Shown piece after piece: positions 42,776 to 51,051 of a stretch of 64,000 bases of DNA. How positions within the stretch are numbered: position 1 is the stretch's first letter; each line of letters starts with the position of its first letter. Position numbers and translations under genes: made by a program. The DNA is taken from the IMG/VR virus record IMGVR_UViG_3300018083_000001; one strand, given 5' to 3'. The notes beneath the pieces are model-generated. The model was given only the letters and a program-made list of their open reading frames with translations, did no database searches and was not told where the DNA came from. This DNA comes from a virus.

Positions 42776-43960
42776 ATGATCTCTTCTTCTTTGAAGGCTA
42801 ACCTCGCCGCTCTTGAGTCCGTTCTCCCGATTTTGATCGAGAAGGAGAAGGCTGGATTAGTTAAGCCCAATAGCGTGAAGGCCGCTCGCGACTTTATCTA
42901 TATGGGAAAGAATGATCGAACATTTTCCGAAAAGCAGGAACTGTTCGTTGGGACGCTCCTCGCTAGGGCGAACCGGAAGCACATTAAGGCTAACATCCAC
43001 GTTAATACCGGCACGAACGTAAACGTGGAGGAGATCGTCGATAAGGTTATGGAGAAGGTCGGCAAGGAGAAGATTGATCCTGAGCTGATCGTTGGCGCGG
43101 TCTTGAAAAAGATCGACGGAAAGTTTTCCGATAGCGTTGTTGCCTCCGTGGTAAAGACGCTCGATGAGCGGCTGCCTCGGAAAGTTGAGATCGTCGTAAA
43201 GAATGCTGAGACTGGAAAGGCGATTAAGGTTGTCGGTGCGCGCCATAAGAATTTTGAGAGGCTTCTGAAGATTGCCTCTCTGCGCGGCGTGGACGGCCAG
43301 CGTCTCGGCATCTTCCTCTCCGGTGAAGCTTCCTCCGGTAAAACGACCGGAGCGAAGCAGGTCGCTGAGGCGCTTGGATTGAAGTGGTACTTTAACGGGG
43401 CCATTTCTCTCCCACACGAGATGCTCGGCTTCATCGATGGCGCTGGTACCTATCACCGGACGCCTTTCCGCGACGCCTACGAATTTGGCGGCGTGTATAC
43501 GTTCGATGAAGTAGATCGCTCTGATCCGAACGCGCTGCTCGCCGTTAACCCTCACTTGGCGAATGGCGTCGCGACCTTCCCGGATAAGCAAGTGAAGCGG
43601 CACAAGGATTGTATCATTATCTGTACCGCTAACACTTGGGGCTTGGGAATGGACGCGAACTATTCCGGTGCGACGAAACTGGACGCGGCGTTCCTGTCGC
43701 GCTTCCCGGTTAAGATCTCCTGGGACATCGACCTGGACCTGGAGTTCGCTATCGTAAATAATAAAGAATGGCTGGCCCGTGTCCGTCGCGCTAGGGCGAA
43801 TGCCCGAGCCGTTGGATTGAAGGTGATGATCGACGTGCGTACCTCGCTCGCCGGTTCTACCTTGATCGATGAGGGTGGCTTCTCCTCCGATGAAGCGGCG
43901 GAGTTGACCTACCTCGCGAACCTGAAGCCCGAACAACGCAAACAGATTGAGTTGGTGTAA
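42776..43960 (+). CDS. AAA+ ATPase (AAA_5 / MoxR-CobS-like)
   Basis: 394 aa. Walker A is GEASSGKTT, Walker B is VYTFDEVD, sensor-1 is CTANTWG and the Arg finger is FLSRF. RBS is AAGGAACTACTAAAATG. Confidence 0.85.
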   Translation: MISSSLKANLAALESVLPILIEKEKAGLVKPNSVKAARDFIYMGKNDRTFSEKQELFVGTLLARANRKHIKANIHVNTGTNVNVEEIVDKVMEKVGKEKIDPELIVGAVLKKIDGKFSDSVVASVVKTLDERLPRKVEIVVKNAETGKAIKVVGARHKNFERLLKIASLRGVDGQRLGIFLSGEASSGKTTGAKQVAEALGLKWYFNGAISLPHEMLGFIDGAGTYHRTPFRDAYEFGGVYTFDEVDRSDPNALLAVNPHLANGVATFPDKQVKRHKDCIIICTANTWGLGMDANYSGATKLDAAFLSRFPVKISWDIDLDLEFAIVNNKEWLARVRRARANARAVGLKVMIDVRTSLAGSTLIDEGGFSSDEAAELTYLANLKPEQRKQIELV

Positions 43961-43961
43961 C

Positions 43962-44801
43962 ATGAGACAGATTGACCTGACTTACGATAAGCGCCCGGAC
44001 CGTTACCTGCTCCTGGAAAGTGATGAGGTAATCCCGGCGGTGAAGTCGATTGAGAAGCGGTTGACGGGCTATCTCGCCCGGAACCGCTCTTGGTCCGGTG
44101 GGAATAGCTTCGATGAGCTTCTGAATAAGATTATGCTCGGTGACGAGACGCTGGTCGCTGCGTCCGAGGCGATGTTGGAAAAAATCGAGGACCAAGTTCC
44201 AATGTCGAAGGGATACCAGACGGTTGATGACGTCGTTGGAGCGTTTCCGAATATCCCGGCCTATCTGGCGGGCCAGCCGATGTGTATGCGTCGGCGGAAG
44301 CGAGTGACGAAGAATAACGCGCCGCTGGTTATCTATATGGACCTGACCTCTAGCGCCGGCATCGACGCGAAAAGGATCCAGGATCGCGGGACCGTACTAC
44401 TGGCGCTGGTTCGCCTCCTCTGCGACCATCGCGCGGTTGAGCTCTGGGTCGGCACCGGACTAGGTGGCGGCTATAATGGCGTGTCGGGAACGGTGGCGTG
44501 GCGGATAGATACCGCGCCGCTGGATCTGGCCCGTGCGGCGTTCCGTATCGCCTCCACGTCGATTGCGCGCGGATTTGGATACGAGATGGCTACTGAAAAG
44601 TTTGAGACTGGCGGCGGCTGGCCGCTGGGAGACTTTCGGAGGCATCAGGCTACCGCGAAGGAGCGGCTGGCGAATGTTTTCGAAGGCCAAGAGATACTTT
44701 ACGTCCCGCCGATCTTCCTGACGGACGAAATGACGACTGACCCGGTGGGTTGGGTGAAGCGGACCTTGAAGGAGTATGTTGGGGGAGGGGATGATGAGTA
44801 G
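43962..44801 (+). CDS. vWA-like (CobT-like) partner of the AAA+ ATPase
   Basis: 279 aa from ATG 43962. LVIYMDLTSSAGI is a DxTxS MIDAS-like motif. The sequence has an alternating beta/alpha pattern and sits immediately after the ATPase. Confidence 0.55.
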   Translation: MRQIDLTYDKRPDRYLLLESDEVIPAVKSIEKRLTGYLARNRSWSGGNSFDELLNKIMLGDETLVAASEAMLEKIEDQVPMSKGYQTVDDVVGAFPNIPAYLAGQPMCMRRRKRVTKNNAPLVIYMDLTSSAGIDAKRIQDRGTVLLALVRLLCDHRAVELWVGTGLGGGYNGVSGTVAWRIDTAPLDLARAAFRIASTSIARGFGYEMATEKFETGGGWPLGDFRRHQATAKERLANVFEGQEILYVPPIFLTDEMTTDPVGWVKRTLKEYVGGGDDE

Positions 44802-44997
44802 TCCCTTCCCAATTACCGATCCACTATTCGGAAAGAAGCACTATGACTACCTCATCCGCGAATTGGATGACCCGTCTCGTGAGATGGTCGATGAGCTGTG
44901 CCGCGTTTTCAAAAAAGACCGGCCAGCTTTCGATCCAGATTTATTTCGCTACCTCATCAACCAGATTAAGAAGGAACGGAAACATGACCCGATCTAA
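44791..44997 (+). CDS. hypothetical protein
   Basis: 68 aa from ATG 44791, with a GGGGGAGGGG RBS. Confidence 0.5.
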   Translation: MMSSPFPITDPLFGKKHYDYLIRELDDPSREMVDELCRVFKKDRPAFDPDLFRYLINQIKKERKHDPI

Positions 44998-45313
44998 AAC
45001 GAAAACGATAATGGACTTGAGAACCTTGATCGTCCTATCCGCTGTGGCCGGTGGATCGAACCTAGGATTGCCGCTCCCGGAAAAGGAAAAGGTCCAGCGC
45101 CTCTTAACGGTCGATGGCCTAGAGATGGAGCGTGCCGTGATGACGCTCTGGGGAAGCTATATGGATAGCGATGAGATGTGTTATACCTTTCTGAGCGAAT
45201 GCTCGTGGTGGTACGCGGACCGATCCAATTTCAATCGAGGCCGGTCCAAATCCGCCGATCCGTCCTACGTTAAGCGAGTGTGGCCCGACATCGCGCGGGT
45301 GATGGGCTTCTAA
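44984..45313 (+). CDS. hypothetical protein
   Basis: 109 aa from ATG 44984, with an AAGGAACGGAAAC RBS. Confidence 0.5.
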   Translation: MTRSKTKTIMDLRTLIVLSAVAGGSNLGLPLPEKEKVQRLLTVDGLEMERAVMTLWGSYMDSDEMCYTFLSECSWWYADRSNFNRGRSKSADPSYVKRVWPDIARVMGF

Positions 45314-45599
45314 CCGGAGGCCTCCGGTAGGCGCGTCCTATCCCGGAGGCCTCCTACTACCCTCCCGGACCGGGAGGCCTCCCTAGGGCGCTTCTAAGCC
45401 TCCGGGAGGCCTCCTATTCCTAGCCCTAGGGAGGCTTCCTAGGGCGCTTTTCTAAGCCTCCCGCTAGGGTAGGGTGCCTCTCCCGGTAAATCGCGCCTAC
45501 GGGCTGTTTCCGGGTGGATAAAGTGCCTATCCTATCCGTCCCTTTTTCCGGAGGCCTCGAAAGCCTCCGGACCGTCCTACCCTCCGGGAGGCCTCCCGG
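45314..45599. repeat. array of GGAGGCCTCC-core palindromes and related hairpins in a 333-bp intergenic region
   Basis: Copies lie at 45314-45327 (CCGGAGGCCTCCGG), 45343-45354, 45372-45383 and 45404-45414. A degenerate copy is at 45430-45439. A split hairpin is at 45548-45570. A 16-bp palindrome (CCGGGAGGCCTCCCGG) is at 45584-45599. A 17-nt palindrome lies at 45361-45377. CTAGGGCGCTT(C/TT)TCTAAGCCTCC occurs as a direct repeat. Confidence 0.85.
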
Positions 45600-45646
45600 A
45601 GAATAGGTAATACCTAAAATATCCAACGCACAGAAGGAATATCGAA

Positions 45647-45886
45647 ATGACCGTTCAAGAACTAATCGAACTCCTCAGCAATGAAGATCCCAAGGCTCAA
45701 GTCCACGTTACCTACTCCGCCAACGACCACTGGCGGACCGTTCTGGCTCCTCCGGTCCGGAGCGTCGATGGCGAGGCGCGCATTGAGCGTTCCGATTATC
45801 ACGGGACCGATACGCTCCTGGATGATGACGATTGCGACGGCGAGACTTACGACAAGGCTCGCCAAGTCGTAGCATTGAGGATCTGA
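45647..45886 (+). CDS. hypothetical acidic protein
   Basis: 79 aa with a GAAGGAA RBS. Confidence 0.55.
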   Translation: MTVQELIELLSNEDPKAQVHVTYSANDHWRTVLAPPVRSVDGEARIERSDYHGTDTLLDDDDCDGETYDKARQVVALRI

Positions 45887-45888
45887 AC

Positions 45889-46173
45889 ATGGATGATAAC
45901 TATCTCGGAGTCAAGGACGGCAAGATCACGTCCTATGTCGGACCGGACGCCACAGCGGCGTTCCGGGCGATAACGATAGCCAGCGCTCTCCGGTTTTACG
46001 CTAAGACCGGGATGAAGGTGAATCGTTCCTACTCGCCAAAGCTGATGATGAGCGCTGCGGCGAACATCACGCAGAAAATCTACAAGCGCGGAGAATATCT
46101 CCGCGCCGCTGATGACCTTATAAAGTGGGCTGATGAGATGAAGGCGGCTTTGCCCGTCCGGGAGGAGGAATAG
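45889..46173 (+). CDS. hypothetical protein
   Basis: 94 aa from ATG 45889, 2 nt after the upstream stop. Confidence 0.55.
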   Translation: MDDNYLGVKDGKITSYVGPDATAAFRAITIASALRFYAKTGMKVNRSYSPKLMMSAAANITQKIYKRGEYLRAADDLIKWADEMKAALPVREEE

Positions 46174-46174
46174 A

Positions 46175-46399
46175 ATGGCGCATAGAGATGAACCAGATCA
46201 TAGAACAGAGGAGGAGGCGGAAGCCTTCGCTGATAAGGTCTATGAGCTACTCAATAGTACCACCGACGCGGAAGTGATCCTCAAATGGATCGAGGAGGTA
46301 CGCAGCCTAGCGTATCTCAAAGGCTACCAAGACGGCATCACGGATGAGTCGATGGCGGCGGAAGCGAAGAAACGCCGCGCAAAGGCGACAATAGACTGA
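46175..46399 (+). CDS. hypothetical acidic protein
   Basis: 74 aa. Confidence 0.55.
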   Translation: MAHRDEPDHRTEEEAEAFADKVYELLNSTTDAEVILKWIEEVRSLAYLKGYQDGITDESMAAEAKKRRAKATID

Positions 46400-46484
46400 A
46401 CTGTTGCCTGTTGCCGCGTTAAGGAGCGCGGTAATGGGGAGCATCAGAAGGTGTCTCCATAACCCGTGTAGAAGGATTACTAAA

Positions 46485-46793
46485 ATGGCTACAGCTGCAA
46501 AGAAGATCGTTGCGAAGGCTAAGACTGCGGTAAAGGCGAAGGTCAATGCCCGGCGTCCGTCTCGCCGTCTCTTAGTGGACGATGCGCGGTTGAAGGTCGT
46601 GAACTCTGCGACCTATCGCGAAGGGACCGCTGTCGCGAAAATGTTCGAGGCGGTGAAGTCGTGTAAGACCGTAGGCGAAGCCAAGGGCAAACTTGGCCGC
46701 TTCAAGAAATACGGCAACCATGTCGAGCGTATCCTGCGTTGGTGGAACAAGCACGGCATCGTCACAATCACGAAGCCGGAGGCGGCGAAATGA
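46485..46793 (+). CDS. basic protein with Lys/Ala-rich (histone-H1-like) N-terminus
   Basis: 102 aa from ATG 46485. The RBS AAGGATTACTAAAATG is nearly identical to that of the AAA+ gene. The N-terminus is MATAAKKIVAKAKTAVKAKV. Confidence 0.5.
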   Translation: MATAAKKIVAKAKTAVKAKVNARRPSRRLLVDDARLKVVNSATYREGTAVAKMFEAVKSCKTVGEAKGKLGRFKKYGNHVERILRWWNKHGIVTITKPEAAK

Positions 46794-47119
46794 AGCAACA
46801 GGACACAATCGTGATGGTCAGCCTCAATAAGCGAGCGAGCGAGCATCATGTCGGAATCATCCCAGGCTTCCTTGATCTCAAAGACCCTCGTCCAGCTTGT
46901 GTGCAATTTGACGACAAATACTCCTTTGGGGGTGGCTGGCGTTTGATGGATGGATGGACATTGATCAAGGATAGTCTCGTGTTGCGCTATCCGGGTGATC
47001 CAATGCTACACCCAATGGTTGCTATTCCGTTCCGCGATGAATTGATCGTGGTTTACGACTACGCAATCGTTATGATCCTCCAAAAGGATGGATCGTTCGA
47101 AGTATCAAGGATGGACTAA
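46790..47119 (+). CDS. hypothetical protein
   Basis: 109 aa from ATG 46790 (ATGA overlap). Confidence 0.55.
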   Translation: MKQQDTIVMVSLNKRASEHHVGIIPGFLDLKDPRPACVQFDDKYSFGGGWRLMDGWTLIKDSLVLRYPGDPMLHPMVAIPFRDELIVVYDYAIVMILQKDGSFEVSRMD

Positions 47120-47120
47120 C

Positions 47121-47219
47121 ATGCGCGAACTAATCGAAACGACGCTTGAGCTATCCGCTGTGACCGTATTCTTGCTGGTAGTCTTTCTGCTGGCGGGACT
47201 TTATAGCGGAGTAATCTGA
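47121..47219 (+). CDS. possible 32-aa membrane peptide
   Basis: My own translation gives MRELIETTLELSAVTVFLLVVFLLAGLYSGVI. The RBS is AAGGATGGA and the stop overlaps the next ATG (TGATG). Confidence 0.4.
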   Translation: MRELIETTLELSAVTVFLLVVFLLAGLYSGVI

Positions 47220-47401
47220 TGGCACAATATAGCCATAGACCTTGTAACTGCGGCTCCGGAGAAATCCACGAGCCGCAGTTTGACGGCTACGGTATCTTTC
47301 TAACTTACACTTGCTTGAAGTGTGAGAAGGAAAAGATGTCGCGCTATCGCAAAGACATTCATGAGCACTACGAATGTGATGAGGCGATAGATGAGGATTG
47401 A
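47219..47401 (+). CDS. small Cys-rich (zinc-finger-like) protein
   Basis: 60 aa with CNCGSG ... CLKCEKE. Confidence 0.5.
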   Translation: MAQYSHRPCNCGSGEIHEPQFDGYGIFLTYTCLKCEKEKMSRYRKDIHEHYECDEAIDED

Positions 47402-47621
47402 AGTTGGAACCTACCTCCGGGCTTATGGCCCGGAGGCTCTATTGCGATTGCTTATCCTTGAATTGGATAGCTTCGCAGAGGAGGAGGCGACCAGCGGTCG
47501 CATCCCTATCGCTAAGCAAGTCGCTTTGCTTACTCAAAAGCTAGAAGGACTACGATATGAGTACCGTGTTGAAAGTCAAACCAGAGAAAGTCGAGGAGGT
47601 TCTGAAGCAACTCTTCCATGA
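47391..47621 (+). CDS. hypothetical protein
   Basis: 76 aa. It overlaps both neighbours and contains the hairpin at 47414-47436. Confidence 0.4.
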   Translation: MRIEVGTYLRAYGPEALLRLLILELDSFAEEEATSGRIPIAKQVALLTQKLEGLRYEYRVESQTRESRGGSEATLP

Positions 47622-47745
47622 GGTCGGTGACCTAATAAGACACCTCAAGGAAGGCGACGACCAAATCACAATCTCTATCAGTCGCGACAAACTCTACAAG
47701 ATCACGCTATCCCATTCACAAGGAGCGCTGCATGAAGAAGCGTAA
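47557..47745 (+). CDS. hypothetical protein
   Basis: 62 aa with a GAAGGA RBS. Confidence 0.45.
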   Translation: MSTVLKVKPEKVEEVLKQLFHEVGDLIRHLKEGDDQITISISRDKLYKITLSHSQGALHEEA

Positions 47746-48385
47746 GGAAGGCAGTAAGATTGGTAAGCTTGAAGTCAAGTACAAGGAGAGCGGACGCGAA
47801 GCCGCAATCAAGTATGGTGTGTCGATCGGCATGAAGGAAAACCGGGCGCGAAACTTAACTGCGTCTTGGGACCGTCAAAGCGGCAAGCTTATTAGTAAGA
47901 TGCCGAAGCTTCCCAAGGCCGTCAAGGATAAGGCCAAGGCCATTTCTGAAAAGGTCAAGATCAAGGTAGCAAAGGCCAAGCCACTTACTCCAGAGAAGGC
48001 TAAGGCAAAAGCCGAGAAAGCCGACGCTCTGGCGATCAAGGCAAAGGAGATCAGCGAGAAATTCAAAGGCCTGCGGCTTGCTAAGGCTCAAGCCAAGTTG
48101 GAGAAGAAGCTTGCTGGCGAGACCAAGGCCAAGTTCAAATCGTCAAAGGCCAAGGGCGCAGAAGCAGTTAAGGCTGAAGCGGGCGAGGTAAAGAACGTCA
48201 ACGTGAACTCGACCAAGCCCCGTGTCTATGACACGGCCCTGGAACAGTCCGGTGTGTTGCTCGCGGAAGGACCGGACCAGAGTGAGGTACGTTATGATGA
48301 CGGCACTACTCGCTTCACGATCAATAAGCTTCTCAAGAAGGAAGGTTCTGGAGAAGCTACGACAAATGGAGAAGCCGCCGCTTAG
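47732..48385 (+). CDS. Lys/Ala-rich histone-H1-like basic protein
   Basis: 217 aa. The central ~110 aa consist of AKAK / KAKA repeats. Confidence 0.6.
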   Translation: MKKRKEGSKIGKLEVKYKESGREAAIKYGVSIGMKENRARNLTASWDRQSGKLISKMPKLPKAVKDKAKAISEKVKIKVAKAKPLTPEKAKAKAEKADALAIKAKEISEKFKGLRLAKAQAKLEKKLAGETKAKFKSSKAKGAEAVKAEAGEVKNVNVNSTKPRVYDTALEQSGVLLAEGPDQSEVRYDDGTTRFTINKLLKKEGSGEATTNGEAAA

Positions 48386-48719
48386 GCTGCTTTATCTACT
48401 AGCGTTCATAATGGTCGTGGCCGGGGCATTCTCGCTCCGGTCACTTCCTACTCCAACGCCAATACCGTTTGAGCGTCAATGGCAAGAAGCAATCGTGCCA
48501 CTTGCGCTCGCTACTCCGGTCAAGGTCAAGACTGAACGGATCGTTATGGAGCTACCGGAGTACAAGCCTGAGCCACTTCAAGATGAGGAGCCTCCCATTC
48601 CCGTGTATGATGAGGTTCGTAAACCAAAGACATCTCCAAAGCACGACATCTGTCGTGGTAAGGGCCGTACCTACTATACAAAGCGCGGCGGCTATCAATA
48701 CTGGAGATGTAAGCGTTAA
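48366..48719 (+). CDS. membrane-anchored Pro-rich protein
   Basis: 117 aa from ATG 48366. The N-terminal TM segment is LLYLLAFIMVVAGAF. Confidence 0.5.
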   Translation: MEKPPLRLLYLLAFIMVVAGAFSLRSLPTPTPIPFERQWQEAIVPLALATPVKVKTERIVMELPEYKPEPLQDEEPPIPVYDEVRKPKTSPKHDICRGKGRTYYTKRGGYQYWRCKR

Positions 48720-48742
48720 ACACAAACACAAAGGGTACACCA

Positions 48743-49228
48743 ATGAGCTATATGCGAGAGCATTTTGAGACGATTGAGACTTTGTTCAGGCTCAGCCGTC
48801 CAAGTGGCAATAACGTCTATTCTAGGTTTATGCTTACTCACGGACGGGACTATCAGATTGGGCCAGATACCTACAAGGGCCGTCGCGGCGCACGGAAGCA
48901 ATGCTTCATGAACGCCGCCAAACTCGCCCTCAGGAATAGTAAACTGACCTACGTTGAGGGCAAGGTCGCTTGTTATGGTTTACCTATCGACCATGCTTGG
49001 TGCGTTACCGACGATGGATTTGTCGTTGATCCGACTGTCCGAAATGGCGATGATGGACACATCTCGGATTATTTCGGCGTTCCATTCCACGTCAGTTATC
49101 TCGCTGCGGCGATCCGCGAGAACAATAGCTATGGCTTGTTGGATTATTTCTACGCCAATAAGACCGCTCCAAAACTCTATGAGCTTGGCTTGGAGAAGGG
49201 CCAGCGCTGGTTGATGGGTGTGCTATGA
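48743..49228 (+). CDS. transglutaminase-like cysteine-peptidase-fold protein
   Basis: 161 aa. QCFMNAAKLAL ... IDHAWCV ... FVVDPT has the C-H-D order and spacing of the transglutaminase core. Confidence 0.5.
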   Translation: MSYMREHFETIETLFRLSRPSGNNVYSRFMLTHGRDYQIGPDTYKGRRGARKQCFMNAAKLALRNSKLTYVEGKVACYGLPIDHAWCVTDDGFVVDPTVRNGDDGHISDYFGVPFHVSYLAAAIRENNSYGLLDYFYANKTAPKLYELGLEKGQRWLMGVL

Positions 49229-50280
49229 GACCGAAATCGCCAACGTTGTACGATGAAGTATTCCGCGCCAGCTTCAGTAACTCTCCTAACCCAACCTTGT
49301 GGCCTGTTGAGGCGCGTGGCCTATGGCGTGATGCGATCACAAAAGCCCGTCGCTTCGTCCTTGATGATAATATGTCGAGGTTCCTTTCTGACCTCTCAAT
49401 CGAAGCGTTTCAAAAGGAGCAAGGGAACCATGCCTTGCTAATGCGGATGCTTGAGTCGCTCCGCATGAACGCTAGATTACCGCACGGCACAACATGGATC
49501 GAATACAATATCCGGGCACATCAAGCCCGGACTACTGAGTTGCTTGGACGCAACTACGTCGATTCATCTGAAGTCCCGGAGGTTGAGGGTTGGCTCATCC
49601 AGCAGCATCCAAAGATTGACACCGCCTTCATCGCCCATCTAGTCTCTTCTGAGAGTAGGGATTTGTTATTCTTCCCGATGGCTATTGCTTGGACTACGGA
49701 TGATACGACCGTGTTGCCTTGGAAGCCTCTCCCGTTCTCTGAGAGATCCATCTCTCACGGTTACGCAGCAACAGGAATACGTGGCTACAATACAGATCGT
49801 GCGGCGTTTGTATTCTCGCCTATGGTCCATACTCCAAATAAACCAGATAAACTTGCAATCATAATAAGGGAATGGGTTGGGTTGCTGCGTCGCATTTGGG
49901 CGTTCCTTGCGACGATAAATGATCTGCCTGTGTTGCTATCTGACACGGCAGTATCCAAAGGCTTTGTCGCACGGGGACAATACCGGCGCTTCCTATCCCA
50001 CAAAACAATCACGATCAACGTGCCGCAAAAGCACTACCGCAAAACCATCCGAACCGCTTTGGCGCTCGCTCATCGCCGCGCTCATAGCGTCAGGGGCCAT
50101 TGGCGGATCGACTGGCGGCATCCGCTCTCCAAGCTTTGCGATCACGAATGGAGCGCGGACGATAAGCATATGGATTGTACCCGCTGTAAGGGACGTAAGA
50201 GTTGGATCACCGAGCACGAGCGTGGCGATGCTAGTCGTGGCTTTGTTACACACGACTATCTCGTCAAGCATGAAATATAA
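49225..50280 (+). CDS. hypothetical protein with C-terminal Cys/His cluster
   Basis: 351 aa in an ATGA overlap. The C-terminal cluster reads CDHEW ... HMDCTRCKG. Confidence 0.6.
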   Translation: MRPKSPTLYDEVFRASFSNSPNPTLWPVEARGLWRDAITKARRFVLDDNMSRFLSDLSIEAFQKEQGNHALLMRMLESLRMNARLPHGTTWIEYNIRAHQARTTELLGRNYVDSSEVPEVEGWLIQQHPKIDTAFIAHLVSSESRDLLFFPMAIAWTTDDTTVLPWKPLPFSERSISHGYAATGIRGYNTDRAAFVFSPMVHTPNKPDKLAIIIREWVGLLRRIWAFLATINDLPVLLSDTAVSKGFVARGQYRRFLSHKTITINVPQKHYRKTIRTALALAHRRAHSVRGHWRIDWRHPLSKLCDHEWSADDKHMDCTRCKGRKSWITEHERGDASRGFVTHDYLVKHEI

Positions 50281-50292
50281 AAGGAGGTAGCC

Positions 50293-50556
50293 ATGCGCTA
50301 CTACGTTGAGACTATCGTTTGGCGTAATGGCGTTGAGTACTGGAGCCGCAATCGCTTGCGGTCTTACGAGGAAGCCAAGGCCGTAGCCCAATGCCTCGCA
50401 GAGGAGGCATTCCGCGAACAGGTCAATGTCTCCAATGACTATCAGATGGGGCAAGCGCCAACTTTTGAAAATGACTTTGGCGAGATGATGTTGATCCGCG
50501 CCACGGCATTCGGCGAGATGGCGAATGTTCGCGAAGGAGCATTTGTGATTGATTAG
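50293..50556 (+). CDS. hypothetical protein
   Basis: 87 aa with an AAGGAGG RBS. Confidence 0.6.
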   Translation: MRYYVETIVWRNGVEYWSRNRLRSYEEAKAVAQCLAEEAFREQVNVSNDYQMGQAPTFENDFGEMMLIRATAFGEMANVREGAFVID

Positions 50557-50700
50557 AGCTACCCAACCTTGGCATGTTCGGTCGGTTAGCGTGCGGATCG
50601 GCTTTCAGAAAGACAACCTGCGGTCCCAAGGTTGGGTTCGGTCAATACCGTACAAGGTTGTCGTCGCACGCAAAACTTTTACAGGAAAAGGAAAACGGAA

Positions 50701-51051
50701 ATGAGCTACAAACTATCAACTGACAAACGCTACCAGTACTCGGCTCTGGAACGCCGAGCATTTGCGCTACTCAGTAGCGAGCCGCGCAATACCATTGACC
50801 TTGTTGAAGCGTTCTATCCAAAAGGCAAGGAGCGTCCGCTATTCCCGCGTGAGACTGTGACATATCATCTATCAGCGCTCATGAGGAAGCTCGACAATAA
50901 CAATGAGCCGTTTTGCATAATCAAATCCAAAAGACGAGGCTCCGTCCCTATTGAGTGGCACCTTGCGCCGCGCCAGGCAACTCCAACCCAGCACCGGGAG
51001 TATATGAAGGCGCGTCTCCGCATCGTCAAAAACAAAATCGAGGCCGCATGA
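50701..51051 (+). CDS. winged-helix DNA-binding-like protein
   Basis: 116 aa from ATG 50701 with an AAAGGAAAACGGAA RBS. The helix-rich pattern (TIDLVEAFY ... TVTYHLSALMRKL) is tentative. Confidence 0.45.
   Translation: MSYKLSTDKRYQYSALERRAFALLSSEPRNTIDLVEAFYPKGKERPLFPRETVTYHLSALMRKLDNNNEPFCIIKSKRRGSVPIEWHLAPRQATPTQHREYMKARLRIVKNKIEAA

Noticed and set aside
42857-43963. 368-aa minus-strand ORF opposite the AAA+ ATPase gene (similar cases at 32680-33387 and 40725-41345)
   Set aside because: The plus-strand frames carry clear Walker A/B, GT or other motifs and fit the operon. The antisense frames have no recognisable features.
45314-45599. Possibility that the palindrome array is a CRISPR array
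   Set aside because: The repeats are only 10-16 bp and fully palindromic. The spacers are irregular (15-130 bp) and partly repeated themselves. No cas genes are present.
50652-50661. 10-mer ACAAGGTTGT shared between 50652-50661 and 56954-56963 as a common operator
   Set aside because: It is a single shared 10-mer among many intergenic comparisons. I cannot distinguish it from chance without a genome-wide motif statistic.
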